Positions 40,593 to 48,683 of a stretch of 64,000 nt of DNA are shown piece by piece. Every line of letters begins with the position of its first letter. Position 1 is the stretch's first letter. Location of the stretch: the IMG/VR virus record IMGVR_UViG_3300027816_000069, positions 1 to 64,000 of that record; one strand, 5' to 3'. Made by a program: the position numbers and the translations under genes. The notes beneath the pieces were generated by a model. The model was not told the origin of the DNA, made no database searches, and saw only the letters and a program-made list of their open reading frames with translations. This stretch comes from a virus.

Positions 40593-41003
40593 ATGATGAA
40601 TGAAGTGATTATTGGTGCTATTGCTGCTGTGGTATTGGTTGCTGGTCTTCTGTCGTTTGCTGGTTTTCATGTGTATGGTGGCGTTAAGGATAGTCTGACC
40701 AATGCACGGGTTGGTCGAGTATACAACTTTGAGTATATTCAGCCCGTGACGGGTGATCCTGAGCGATTTATGGCTAAGGTGCTGGATGTTCATGAGTTTT
40801 CCGCTGATTATCTGGCTAGACTGAATGCGGTGAGTAGGTATCGTAGGTATGATCCTAACTTTGAGCGTAGCCGCCATATGGTGACGGCCCAAACGCCAGA
40901 TGGTAAGATTAGGAACTTTTACGCTGAACGCACCCGCAATGTTCGTCGGCCACTCCTTGGTGGGGTAGCCTTCCGAACAGGGCTGGCTGAACTGCTGTCC
41001 TGA
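40593..41003 (+). CDS. membrane-anchored hypothetical protein
   Basis: N-terminal TM segment; promoter at 40533. Confidence 0.7.
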   Translation: MMNEVIIGAIAAVVLVAGLLSFAGFHVYGGVKDSLTNARVGRVYNFEYIQPVTGDPERFMAKVLDVHEFSADYLARLNAVSRYRRYDPNFERSRHMVTAQTPDGKIRNFYAERTRNVRRPLLGGVAFRTGLAELLS

Positions 41004-41019
41004 AAAGATGTTCCATCGC

Positions 41020-41051
41020 AAGCCCGTCCTAGGAAACCCCTAGGGCGGGCT
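41020..41051 (+). terminator. strong hairpin after 40593 gene
   Basis: AGCCCGTCCTAGG/CCTAGGGCGGGCT; no clear U-tract. Confidence 0.5.
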
Positions 41052-41061
41052 GATGGAGTTT

Positions 41062-41105
41062 CTGCCAAAACGGCAGGCGGGCCGGCCGATCTGCCATAAT
41101 GGCAG
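41062..41105. repeat. 44-bp double-palindrome element 4
   Basis: CTGCCAAAACGGCAG-N14-CTGCCATAATGGCAG. Confidence 0.95.
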
Positions 41106-41235
41106 GAAATTTCTTGTGGATTTTGTCTCTTGACAAGCCGATACTAGAGTGTAGAATGATAGAGTCACCAACAAAAATCCGATTCATTCGGTGTTATACG
41201 CTTGACAAGTCGAGAACGTATGCTATATTGGTGAC

Positions 41236-41828
41236 ACAAACTTTCGTGGGTCCATGCGGCGGGACTAGATTGGGATAACCTATTTCGATAAACTTTCTCT
41301 GAAAGACTGGGGGAGTTGCCAACGGGGTTATACGTTGGATAGAAGTACCAATCTATGGGGGATGGCGTCCTCACCACGACCAATACTTTATGGGTGACGG
41401 TTTTCCGTATGACGAGGCAAAGCACAGCGGAGCGAAGGGGAGTTACCGGTGACGAACCTTCCACGCGGCCTCCCAAACTGCGAAAGCAGGAGTAGAAATA
41501 GGTGACACCCATAAACAATATTATGGTTCCTAGATAATAGGTTAGGATTAAAAACGTTCGCCCTTCCCATCCTTTGTGATAGGCTAAAAACGTTGCCATA
41601 TACAATACAACCAGTAACCGTTTCTAAGAGCCAGACCAAATAGGGTTATATGCGCAATACCACCTTATTTGCAGGGAGGATTTCCGTGGACGGTTTTCAT
41701 AGAATCGGGGCGTAAAAGATTCGCTGGTTACAAATCTGCTGATAGTTTCCCTTAGATAAGGTAAAACCTTGAGGTTGAACGGATCAGTACCGAGAGGCTG
41801 TTCGTAAAACTATCGGCGGTCGGTACTT
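41236..41828 (+). ncRNA. candidate large structured non-coding RNA (~590 nt)
   Basis: No plus-strand ORF; promoter TTGACA-N16-TATATT at 41202; several 8-13 bp long-range helices, GAAA tetraloop, two pseudoknots. Confidence 0.7.
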
Positions 41829-41860
41829 GACTTGATGATAAAGAATGGTAGAATAGTTTT

Positions 41861-42061
41861 ATGAAAATCATACCAAAACAAAACGCACGAAAGTGGACAA
41901 AAGAACGGCTGAAACGTCATCCGGGTCTTTGGAAGGTTGAGCAGGATGCTAAGAGTGTTCCTTGCTGGCCGGGCGAAGATGCTATTTTGATGAAAAATTT
42001 GACTGATGGTTGGAGTGGCTGGTTTCCGATAAAAGATATTGACATAGCCGGTCAGGAATGA
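41861..42061 (+). CDS. hypothetical protein
   Basis: ATG right after promoter 41827-54 (near-leaderless). Confidence 0.6.
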   Translation: MKIIPKQNARKWTKERLKRHPGLWKVEQDAKSVPCWPGEDAILMKNLTDGWSGWFPIKDIDIAGQE

Positions 42062-42277
42062 TAGAATACTGAAATGACACTGCAAGAGTTTCTGGATGAG
42101 TTTCTTGATCCAAAGTTTCAAGAGATGATGAAGATTGTGGAAAAAGTCTTAGAGAAAAAAAATGAGAGTATTTCGTAAAATAATTCTGTTTTTCCCATCT
42201 TTAACCATGTTCTTTTTGGCATACTTTACTTTTATTTGTGATAACGAGGCTACTAAATTTAGTTTTAGGTGGAAATA

Positions 42278-42505
42278 ATGACCGTTAATGAACTTATTGA
42301 GATGTTGAAGAATTATCCGGGCGATATGAGGGTATTGACTCTTGGGTATGAGGGTGGGTATAATGATATTAGATTGGACAATAATGATATTGTATTTGAT
42401 GTCCAACGCGGTGAAGGGGCTTGGTATTATGGGCCTCATGAGTGCGTGGAGTTTACAGATGAGAAAACTGGTACAAAGTGCTTAATTATTGCTAGGACGA
42501 AATGA
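42278..42505 (+). CDS. phage hypothetical protein
   Basis: MTVNELIEMLKNYPGDMRV...GYEGG. Confidence 0.7.
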   Translation: MTVNELIEMLKNYPGDMRVLTLGYEGGYNDIRLDNNDIVFDVQRGEGAWYYGPHECVEFTDEKTGTKCLIIARTK

Positions 42506-42565
42506 ACTGGCATTATGGACAACCTAATGTAATGAGATTGGTCTAAATCCTTATAAGAAATAACA

Positions 42566-42748
42566 ATGAAAACTGAAACTCTTGAACTGACTAAGACTGA
42601 ACTTGATTATCTTCTGAGTGTTGTTCATGAACATATTGACTCTGGTGTTTCATGGGGTAATTGGGGGGGTAGTCATGCTCAGTTTGTAAAGATGCAAAAT
42701 AGAGTTTTGGAAAAGATTGAGGAAGCCAAAACTGGTAGTGTGTCCTAA
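42566..42748 (+). CDS. hypothetical protein
   Basis: 60-aa ORF co-oriented with neighbours. Confidence 0.6.
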   Translation: MKTETLELTKTELDYLLSVVHEHIDSGVSWGNWGGSHAQFVKMQNRVLEKIEEAKTGSVS

Positions 42749-42793
42749 AAATGGTTCTATTATGCCAGAGTATTATCTGCAAAAGGAATAGGT

Positions 42794-43033
42794 ATGGAAT
42801 GGATTAGTTTTTTTGATCGTCAACCAGAAGACGGGCAAAAGATTTGGTATTATGGAAAATATATTGGTGTGTGGGTTGGTATATACCATTATTCTCCAAA
42901 TGATCCTGTAAGTCCTCATATTATTTTATGCGACGAGGCTCCCGGCGTTGTGGATCGTATGGATGCCCCGTATTGGCAACCTTACAGACCAGCAAAACCA
43001 GAGAAAGATTACCCAAAGGATTATCCATCATGA
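42794..43033 (+). CDS. DUF551-like small protein
   Basis: MEWISFFDRQPEDGQ...PYWQP. Confidence 0.65.
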   Translation: MEWISFFDRQPEDGQKIWYYGKYIGVWVGIYHYSPNDPVSPHIILCDEAPGVVDRMDAPYWQPYRPAKPEKDYPKDYPS

Positions 43034-43203
43034 TTGACAATAAAGATAAGGCGTTGATTTATGTGATTAACTTTTTTAACTCTCGTATGAGTGCCATGAA
43101 TAAGAATAATATAGAGAGAACTAAAGAATTAATCTCTACTCATAAAATTAGTGCTAGTGAACTTGTGGATAAGTATGTGAAATTAGTATATGAAAACTCT
43201 TAG
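43030..43203 (+). CDS. hypothetical protein
   Basis: ATGA overlap with previous stop. Confidence 0.55.
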   Translation: MIDNKDKALIYVINFFNSRMSAMNKNNIERTKELISTHKISASELVDKYVKLVYENS

Positions 43204-43315
43204 TGATATTTGTCCATGTGGCGCTTGTGATGTGCTAGTATGGAAATATGATGATAATGGTTTAATCTGGTTATTTTGCCAGCAATGCCACTGGTGGTAT
43301 ATCGGAAACGATTAA

Positions 43316-43359
43316 CCGCCAAAATGGCAGGCTGGCCGGCCGATCTGCCAAAATGGCAT
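43316..43359. repeat. 44-bp double-palindrome element 5
   Basis: CCGCCAAAATGGCAG-N14-CTGCCAAAATGGCAT. Confidence 0.9.
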
Positions 43360-43424
43360 TCTTTTTTTCTTAAGAATACTCTTGACAGACGCCGATCATA
43401 GGAGTATACTTAATACACAACCAT

Positions 43425-43507
43425 GCCGCTGTGGTGGAATTGGCATACACATGACACTTAAAATGTCACGCCTTATAGGCTTGCGAGTTCAAGTCTCGCC
43501 AGCGGTA
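43425..43507 (+). tRNA. tRNA-Leu(TAA)
   Basis: GCCGCTG/CAGCGGT acceptor, TGACA-CTTAAAA-TGTCA anticodon arm, long variable arm. Confidence 0.9.
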
Positions 43508-43567
43508 TTCTTTTTAGTCCGAATTGTAAACGCTCTATATAGTAGACACCAAAGCGTTTGAAATATT

Positions 43568-43614
43568 TGTTTTTCCCAATCCTTCGGATTTGGCTGGTGT
43601 GGCTGTAGTCAGCG
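43568..43614 (+). repeat. 47-bp motif copy 2
   Basis: Gapless match. Confidence 0.75.
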
Positions 43615-43690
43615 AAAGTTTAAAGGTCTTGACAAGGTTTGGTCGATAAGGTATAATAGAAACAACAAGACGCATAACTAAAGCGAAATA

Positions 43691-43775
43691 CCCCGATGTT
43701 CCACACGACTGACTGTAAATCAGTTGACATATTATGTGTGGCGGCTGTCAAGTGGTTCAACTCCTCCATCGGGGA
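43691..43775 (+). tRNA. non-canonical tRNA-Tyr(GTA)-like RNA
   Basis: CCCCGATG/CATCGGGG acceptor, ACTGA-CTGTAAA-TCAGT anticodon arm, no D stem, weak T stem. Confidence 0.55.
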
Positions 43776-43819
43776 TTAAAGGTCTTGACAAGCACTAGCC
43801 GATAAGATATACTACAAGC

Positions 43820-44233
43820 ATGAAACAGAAACCACTACATGCCGAAGTTCGATTCCATCTTGGTAAAGGTCAGTTTTTTAAGCATTGGCAAATCAAGATT
43901 GTACAAGGAAAAGAGAAGGTTGATGTTTACTATTGTGATCCTGCCTATTATCAATTAGAGATGATTGGGTGCAAATTAATCAATAAGGTTAATCAGGCTA
44001 AAAAGGTTCATGAGGCTGGCGTTAAGGATGTTACGGGGTGGGTTGAGTGTAGGGATGTTAGAATAAATAATGAAGTAGGGGTTGACAATCTTGAGAAATT
44101 ATACTACAATCCGTTGAGAGATCCGCACTGGCGTCGTGAAAGCGACAATAACGAGTTCATTTGGGATAATAGTGAATACGCTACTCTACTAACTAACGGC
44201 AAACAAGTTTATATTTTGGAAGAAAGGGTTTGA
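43820..44233 (+). CDS. hypothetical protein
   Basis: 137 aa, ATG just after promoter ~43784. Confidence 0.7.
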   Translation: MKQKPLHAEVRFHLGKGQFFKHWQIKIVQGKEKVDVYYCDPAYYQLEMIGCKLINKVNQAKKVHEAGVKDVTGWVECRDVRINNEVGVDNLEKLYYNPLRDPHWRRESDNNEFIWDNSEYATLLTNGKQVYILEERV

Positions 44234-44235
44234 AT

Positions 44236-44607
44236 ATGATCAAGTTGGAACTGACGGTTCGTGAGGCTATGAATCTGGCGACGAACTGCCACCTCGATAT
44301 CTATGAGCGGATTGTGGCCGCTTTTGAGGTTGCGTTGGGTGTGAACCAGCACAGGATGGTTACTATCACCGCTGGCATGACTCTTGATAACCGTGTTCCT
44401 TGTATCAAGGCTATCCGACTCCACGCCGGCTGGGGTTTTAAGGAGGCAAAGGAGTGGACGGATTTTCTGGTTGGCGGCTGGAAGTACGACAAGTGGCATC
44501 CTGCTTCTCCCAACGCCAAGCAGAGCATCACCCTCAAGACTCCGGAAGCGGCCGAGAATCTGCTGCGTGATCTGACCACTTTGGGTTGTGAGGGTTTTCT
44601 CTCATGA
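44236..44607 (+). CDS. ribosomal protein bL12 C-terminal-domain-like protein
   Basis: RVPCIKAIRLHAGWGFKEAKEWTD resembles the L7/L12 KxxxIKxVRxxTGLGLKEAKxxV motif. Confidence 0.65.
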   Translation: MIKLELTVREAMNLATNCHLDIYERIVAAFEVALGVNQHRMVTITAGMTLDNRVPCIKAIRLHAGWGFKEAKEWTDFLVGGWKYDKWHPASPNAKQSITLKTPEAAENLLRDLTTLGCEGFLS

Positions 44608-44619
44608 TCCAAACCCTGT

Positions 44620-44663
44620 CTGCCAAAATGGCAGCGGGGCCGGGCGATCTGCCAAAATGACAG
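44620..44663. repeat. 44-bp double-palindrome element 6
   Basis: CTGCCAAAATGGCAG-N14-CTGCCAAAATGACAG. Confidence 0.95.
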
Positions 44664-44846
44664 CATAAAAAATTCATGTATGATACTTGACAATGCCGAT
44701 GCTTAGTGTAGAATGATGTTATCACGAGACAAGACGCTGGTTGACTGCAACACAAAAAAGTTCAACCCAGCACTTGACAAGTGACGATAAGTGATGTATG
44801 ATTCGTTTATTGGTGGTTGATAACTCTTTTGGGAAAGGTTTTTACT

Positions 44847-45104
44847 ATGCGTACTTATGATTTTGCGGTTGCTGTTGCGTCGGACACTCTTGATACGGAA
44901 GTGGTTGAGGATACGATTCGTCAGGCTCTTGCCGATGGTCTGCCCGATGGTACTCTTGTGGTGGTCAAGGCCCAGGGTATCAAGGACTATAGCGAGCAGG
45001 GCTGGAAGGTTGCCCGTAATCGCAAGTTCGGTGTGAGTGTCAAGGAAGCCGGTGACGGTCACAAGGCTAAGACTACTAAGGTTGAGGCGGAGACTGTTGG
45101 CTGA
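44847..45104 (+). CDS. hypothetical protein
   Basis: MRTYDFAVAV..., two tandem upstream promoters. Confidence 0.7.
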   Translation: MRTYDFAVAVASDTLDTEVVEDTIRQALADGLPDGTLVVVKAQGIKDYSEQGWKVARNRKFGVSVKEAGDGHKAKTTKVEAETVG

Positions 45105-45170
45105 ACACGGTTCGGGAGTTATAATGTCCGATAGACCGCTGGTGGACGCACTGGCGGCTATCGGTATTTC

Positions 45171-45242
45171 GGCCCCATAGTTAAAAGGATATAACACGGG
45201 ATTTCTAATCCTGTATTAGAGGTTCGATTCCTCTTGGGGCTA
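45171..45242 (+). tRNA. tRNA-Arg(TCT)
   Basis: Cloverleaf, CGGGA-TTTCTAA-TCCTG. Confidence 0.9.
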
Positions 45243-45246
45243 TTTA

Positions 45247-45320
45247 GGGAGCGTAGATCAATCGGTTAGATCGCCAGCCTGTCACGCTGGAGGTTGCGGG
45301 TTCGAGTCCCGTCGCTCTCG
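45247..45320 (+). tRNA. tRNA-Asp(GTC)
   Basis: Cloverleaf, CCAGC-CTGTCAC-GCTGG. Confidence 0.92.
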
Positions 45321-45323
45321 CTT

Positions 45324-45367
45324 CTGCCAAAATGGCAGGCTCCGCGGCCGAACTGCCAAAATGGCAG
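45324..45367. repeat. 44-bp double-palindrome element 7
   Basis: Two perfect 15-mers, 14-nt spacer. Confidence 0.95.
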
Positions 45368-45441
45368 TTAAAATTTTGTGGATTCTTTCTCTTGACAAGC
45401 CGATAACGTAGTGTAGAATCACTAGCACAAGGGAGATAACC

Positions 45442-46146
45442 ATGAAAACTGCTGATGGTAACGACAAGTTGGGTAAGGGTTGCATTGTGGTTTCGCGTCC
45501 TGTTGGCGACACTTGCCCGTCAACGTGCGACTTTCTCAATAATGGCTGCTATGCCGAAGCCACCGAGAATCAGTATAAGAACGCTCGCACCGCGGGCTTT
45601 GCTAATGTTATTACCGAAAAGCATAAGATTCGTGCTATGATTCTTGATGCTATCAAGCGTAATAAAAGCATCCGCTGGCATGAGCGTGGCGATTGGTTTC
45701 TCAACGGCGAACTTGATACCAACTATGTTGAGAATGTAACGTGGGCGTGTGAGAGTGTTCTGGCCGATGGTATTAGTCTGCCTAATATGTGGTTTTATAC
45801 TCATATCTACGATAGTCGGCTTGTTGTACTGGAAAAGTATATGGCCGTCTATGCTAGTATTCATAATGCAGAAGATAGGGCTGCTGCGGTGTCTGCCGGT
45901 TTTAAGTTGTTTGCGTGGTGCGATAGTGATACTAAGATTGCTCCCAAGCGTCCAAAGAGTAAGGCCAAGGCCGATGCGTGGCGTAAGGCTTTGCCTAAAC
46001 TGGTAATTATCGAAGATGTCAAGTATGTTGTTTGCCCCGAGATTCGTCGTGGTCGATCAGTTATTACTTGTACTGGTACTAAGGATAGTATTAGTTGTGA
46101 TATGTGCGTCAAGGGTTTGGCTAACGTACTATTTCCTGCCCACTAA
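45442..46146 (+). CDS. Cys-motif protein, gp88-like
   Basis: TCPSTC...GCYA, IRWHERGDW, WFYTH, C-terminal CPE...C...CDMC. Confidence 0.55.
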   Translation: MKTADGNDKLGKGCIVVSRPVGDTCPSTCDFLNNGCYAEATENQYKNARTAGFANVITEKHKIRAMILDAIKRNKSIRWHERGDWFLNGELDTNYVENVTWACESVLADGISLPNMWFYTHIYDSRLVVLEKYMAVYASIHNAEDRAAAVSAGFKLFAWCDSDTKIAPKRPKSKAKADAWRKALPKLVIIEDVKYVVCPEIRRGRSVITCTGTKDSISCDMCVKGLANVLFPAH

Positions 46147-46158
46147 AAGGATATAACA

Positions 46159-46401
46159 ATGGCTAAGTATTATGTTAATAGTGGTACGCTTCAAGTGATT
46201 ATGGACCATAGTGATCCTCTTGAGGCTGGAGTGGCCGGATTCCTAATGACTAACAAGATGGATACAATAGATGAGTATTTTTATATTGATGAGCGTGGTT
46301 TTCGTGATTATGTCAGTGCTGATAATGGTACTAACGTAATTCCTACTTCTAGCATTATTCGTGCCGCCGAATCCGAATTGACGGATGACACTCTGCCATA
46401 A
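46159..46401 (+). CDS. hypothetical protein
   Basis: AAGGA RBS. Confidence 0.7.
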   Translation: MAKYYVNSGTLQVIMDHSDPLEAGVAGFLMTNKMDTIDEYFYIDERGFRDYVSADNGTNVIPTSSIIRAAESELTDDTLP

Positions 46402-46436
46402 TGGCAGGGCGGCCGGGCGATCTGCCAAAACGGCAG
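46393..46436. repeat. 44-bp double-palindrome element 8
   Basis: CTGCCATAATGGCAG-N14-CTGCCAAAACGGCAG. Confidence 0.95.
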
Positions 46437-46501
46437 TTAAGTTTCTGGTACGATTGGCCGATAATTCTTTCATGGACAAGGGTTTGACAAGGAGGGTTAA
46501 T

Positions 46502-46864
46502 ATGCTACAATGGATTGGCGTTGCGTTGACTGCTGCTGCTTTGGTGTATACGGGTGTTAAGGATTATCAAAAAGGGGATATAAAAATTCCTCCCCTAAAT
46601 AAAAATTTGACAACTCCTAAGTATCCTGTACAATATTGTTTAATGGCGTATGACCCTAACCTAGATAGGATTTTTTACCTTCACGAAAACGGACAATGGT
46701 ATGATCATCCCCCACAACAACGACGATATGCGGCCACGTCGCAAGTACAACAGTATCAAAATCAAAACCAAGCAGCGGTGGGAACTTCCTACGGGTCACA
46801 GGGAGGAGCGGTATACGGTTATGGACAATCGGCCCAAGCGTCAACGTACCCGCAGCGATATTGA
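46502..46864 (+). CDS. membrane-anchored hypothetical protein with Gln/Tyr-rich tail
   Basis: AGGAGG RBS, N-terminal hydrophobic helix. Confidence 0.5.
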   Translation: MLQWIGVALTAAALVYTGVKDYQKGDIKIPPLNKNLTTPKYPVQYCLMAYDPNLDRIFYLHENGQWYDHPPQQRRYAATSQVQQYQNQNQAAVGTSYGSQGGAVYGYGQSAQASTYPQRY

Positions 46865-46895
46865 CAGGAAGTGGCGTAAGGAGTATGATATATAG
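46728..46895 (+). CDS. small Arg/Lys-rich protein
   Basis: MRPRRKY...DNRPKRQRTR; overlaps previous ORF in another frame. Confidence 0.5.
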   Translation: MRPRRKYNSIKIKTKQRWELPTGHREERYTVMDNRPKRQRTRSDIDRKWRKEYDI

Positions 46896-46976
46896 GTTAT
46901 TCTTGGTTTGAGTCATGACAAATCGAGAAGATAGTTTATGAGGGTATTCTATCTTTAAATAAAAACTATCCTCTTT

Positions 46977-47049
46977 GCCGGTATAACTCAGTTAGCAGAG
47001 TGTCAAATTTGTAATTTGAATGTCGTGGGTGCAAATCCTACTACCGGCT
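46977..47049 (+). tRNA. tRNA-Thr(TGT)
   Basis: Cloverleaf; atypical T-loop TGCAAAT. Confidence 0.85.
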
Positions 47050-47082
47050 CTAGGAATTGAAATAAAAAACGGTGAATAATGC

Positions 47083-47155
47083 TGCCCGGTAGCTTAACTG
47101 GTAAAGCTGTTGACTTTGGATCAACTGAGTCTAGGTTCGAATCCTAGCCGGGCAT
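47083..47155 (+). tRNA. tRNA-Gln(TTG)
   Basis: Cloverleaf, GTTGA-CTTTGGA-TCAAC. Confidence 0.92.
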
Positions 47156-47164
47156 ATGATTTAT

Positions 47165-47236
47165 ACACGGGTAGCATAATGGTAATGCCCCAAACTGTTA
47201 ATTTGTCAGATGTAGGTTCGAATCCTACCCCGTGTG
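47165..47236 (+). tRNA. tRNA-Asn(GTT)
   Basis: Cloverleaf, one anticodon-stem mismatch. Confidence 0.85.
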
Positions 47237-47245
47237 CTTAGTTTG

Positions 47246-47316
47246 ATTGGCGTAGTTCAACGGTAGAACGACGGTCTCCAAAACCGTAGATGGGGGTTCG
47301 ATTCCCTCCGCCTTTG
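47246..47316 (+). tRNA. tRNA-Trp(CCA)
   Basis: ACGGT-CTCCAAA-ACCGT; two T-T mismatches in acceptor stem. Confidence 0.75.
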
Positions 47317-47318
47317 TT

Positions 47319-47405
47319 GGAATCTTGGCCGAGTGGTTTAAGGCAGCGGTTTACTAAGCCGCCGAGGGTTAAAATCCTCCACAGGTTCGAATCCTGTAGA
47401 TTCCG
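47319..47405 (+). tRNA. tRNA-Ser(ACT)
   Basis: GGAATCT/AGATTCC, GCGGT-TTACTAA-GCCGC, long variable arm, G73. Confidence 0.88.
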
Positions 47406-47407
47406 TT

Positions 47408-47487
47408 GGTGGATTTCCAGAGCGGCAAATGGGCCTGACTGTAGATCAGGTGCTTCGGCTTCGGGGGTTCGAGTCCCTCATCCACCA
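47408..47487 (+). tRNA. tRNA-Tyr(GTA)
   Basis: Canonical cloverleaf, CCTGA-CTGTAGA-TCAGG. Confidence 0.92.
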
Positions 47488-47537
47488 CTAAACTTTTACT
47501 TGACAACGGTCGATAACAAGGTATAATCCCACAACAC

Positions 47538-47613
47538 GGGGCGTAAGGTAAGCCGGTTGCATCCGTCACTCTTATAAGGTGATCTTAGGTACGTTCGACT
47601 CGTACACGCCCTA
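47538..47613 (+). tRNA. tRNA-Ile(TAT)
   Basis: GGGGCGT/ACGCCCT, TCACT-CTTATAA-GGTGA, A73. Confidence 0.8.
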
Positions 47614-47652
47614 CTTATATGTTTCGGAGGCTGACGTTTGAGTTGCGAGTGT

Positions 47653-47725
47653 GGCCCTATCGTCTAACGGTTTAGGACTTCGGATTTTCGTTCCGAATAT
47701 CGGGGTTCGAATCCCCGTAGGGTCA
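47653..47725 (+). tRNA. tRNA-Glu(TTC)
   Basis: Cloverleaf, TCGGA-TTTTCGT-TCCGA. Confidence 0.9.
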
Positions 47726-47766
47726 CTTGACAAAACAATCTGGCGAGGTACAATAAGGCTAAATAC

Positions 47767-47839
47767 GGGTCATTAGCTCAATTGGCAGAGCAGCATCCTT
47801 TTAAGTTGTAGGTTGTAGGTTCGAGTCCTACATGACCCA
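47767..47839 (+). tRNA. tRNA-Lys(TTT)
   Basis: Cloverleaf, one anticodon-stem mismatch. Confidence 0.87.
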
Positions 47840-47887
47840 TTGACAGCGGACGGTGTTTGGTGTATAATGCGATTAAAGGAGAGTTTT

Positions 47888-48046
47888 ATGTTTCATGGCG
47901 AGTATGAGAATTATGAAGATATTGTAAAAGACTCAGACGAACTCTTTTCGTATGATGATGACCACAGTTATGAAACTAATCTCTACGATGAAAGAGAATG
48001 GGACAATTACTATCATATTTTGGCCGATGAAATAGTGGAAGAATAA
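47888..48046 (+). CDS. small acidic protein
   Basis: AAGGAG RBS, promoter at 47840; stop TAA overlaps the cassette-array junction. Confidence 0.7.
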   Translation: MFHGEYENYEDIVKDSDELFSYDDDHSYETNLYDEREWDNYYHILADEIVEE

Positions 48047-48134
48047 CACTCAGGACCAGGAGCGGCTCGCAGCCGCAGGAGGACGACATGATTTCAGACG
48101 TTGACGCGAGTCCGCTGCATCGTCTTGGTTCGCA
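48041..48134 (-). repeat. attC site A (degenerate)
   Basis: Plus strand GAATAAC...GAGCGGCTCGC...GCGAGTCCGCTGCATCGTCTTGGTTCGCA. Confidence 0.65.
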
Positions 48135-48459
48135 GAAGCAAAGGGGTAGCGAAATGCCGGTGTCTTGGAAGTTGGTAGAGAACTGCTCTGGTAAGGTTTT
48201 GCGGCGGTCAAAGAACCGCGTATTTGTTGCGGGCTGGCGTCGCGTCATTGGGGCAACGGTTGTGCCGGCGTGCATTCTCCCGTCAGTGGGCCAGCACGTG
48301 CGGTTCGGTTCTTTCGATTGGGAGGTAGTGCGTGTTGAGCAAGTTGAGTGCGACTACGACCCTTCTTATCTGTACCGCGTCGATCTTGTGATCCGCGACG
48401 AGAGCGGAAAGCCAGTAAACTTCGCGAGCGGAATATCAAACCTCTGCCTTGACGGCTGA
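48088..48459 (+). CDS. cassette 1 hypothetical protein
   Basis: AGGAGG+ATG inside attC A (alternative ATG 48154); TGA inside the TGAGAAC core. Confidence 0.65.
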   Translation: MISDVDASPLHRLGSQKQRGSEMPVSWKLVENCSGKVLRRSKNRVFVAGWRRVIGATVVPACILPSVGQHVRFGSFDWEVVRVEQVECDYDPSYLYRVDLVIRDESGKPVNFASGISNLCLDG

Positions 48460-48505
48460 GAACGCCAGCGATCAGCGGCTCGTCCGCTGCGTCGCGTGGT
48501 TATGG
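48457..48505 (-). repeat. attC site B (49 bp)
   Basis: Minus strand AAC-CACGC-GAC(G)CAGCGG(A)CGAG-CCGCTGATC-GCTGGC-GTT. Confidence 0.8.
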
Positions 48506-48515
48506 AGACACACAC

Positions 48516-48683
48516 ATGACAATCACTCAAATAATCGGCGTTGCACTGACCTCATCCCCATTTGCGGGCGTTGCGGTGTTGTGCCACATGCACGGCGGCT
48601 GGCCCGCCGTTGCTGTAGTGTTTGGGGCGACCGGAGCCGTTGTTGCTGTTATCGCACTTGGGTGCCGACTTCTGGTTACATAA
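48516..48683 (+). CDS. cassette 2 small membrane protein (55 aa)
   Basis: GGAG RBS; MTITQIIGVALTSSPFAGVAVL...GAVVAVIALGCRLLVT; TAA inside the ACATAAC core; not in ORF track. Confidence 0.7.
   Translation: MTITQIIGVALTSSPFAGVAVLCHMHGGWPAVAVVFGATGAVVAVIALGCRLLVT

Noticed and set aside
41236-41828. RNase P RNA, tmRNA or group I/II intron
   Set aside because: I could not find the RNase P GAGGAAAGUCC core, tRNA-like tmRNA ends, intron core motifs or an interrupted gene.
45128-45164. Hairpin before tRNA-Arg as a separate RNA gene
   Set aside because: Single stem-loop; more simply a processing or termination structure.
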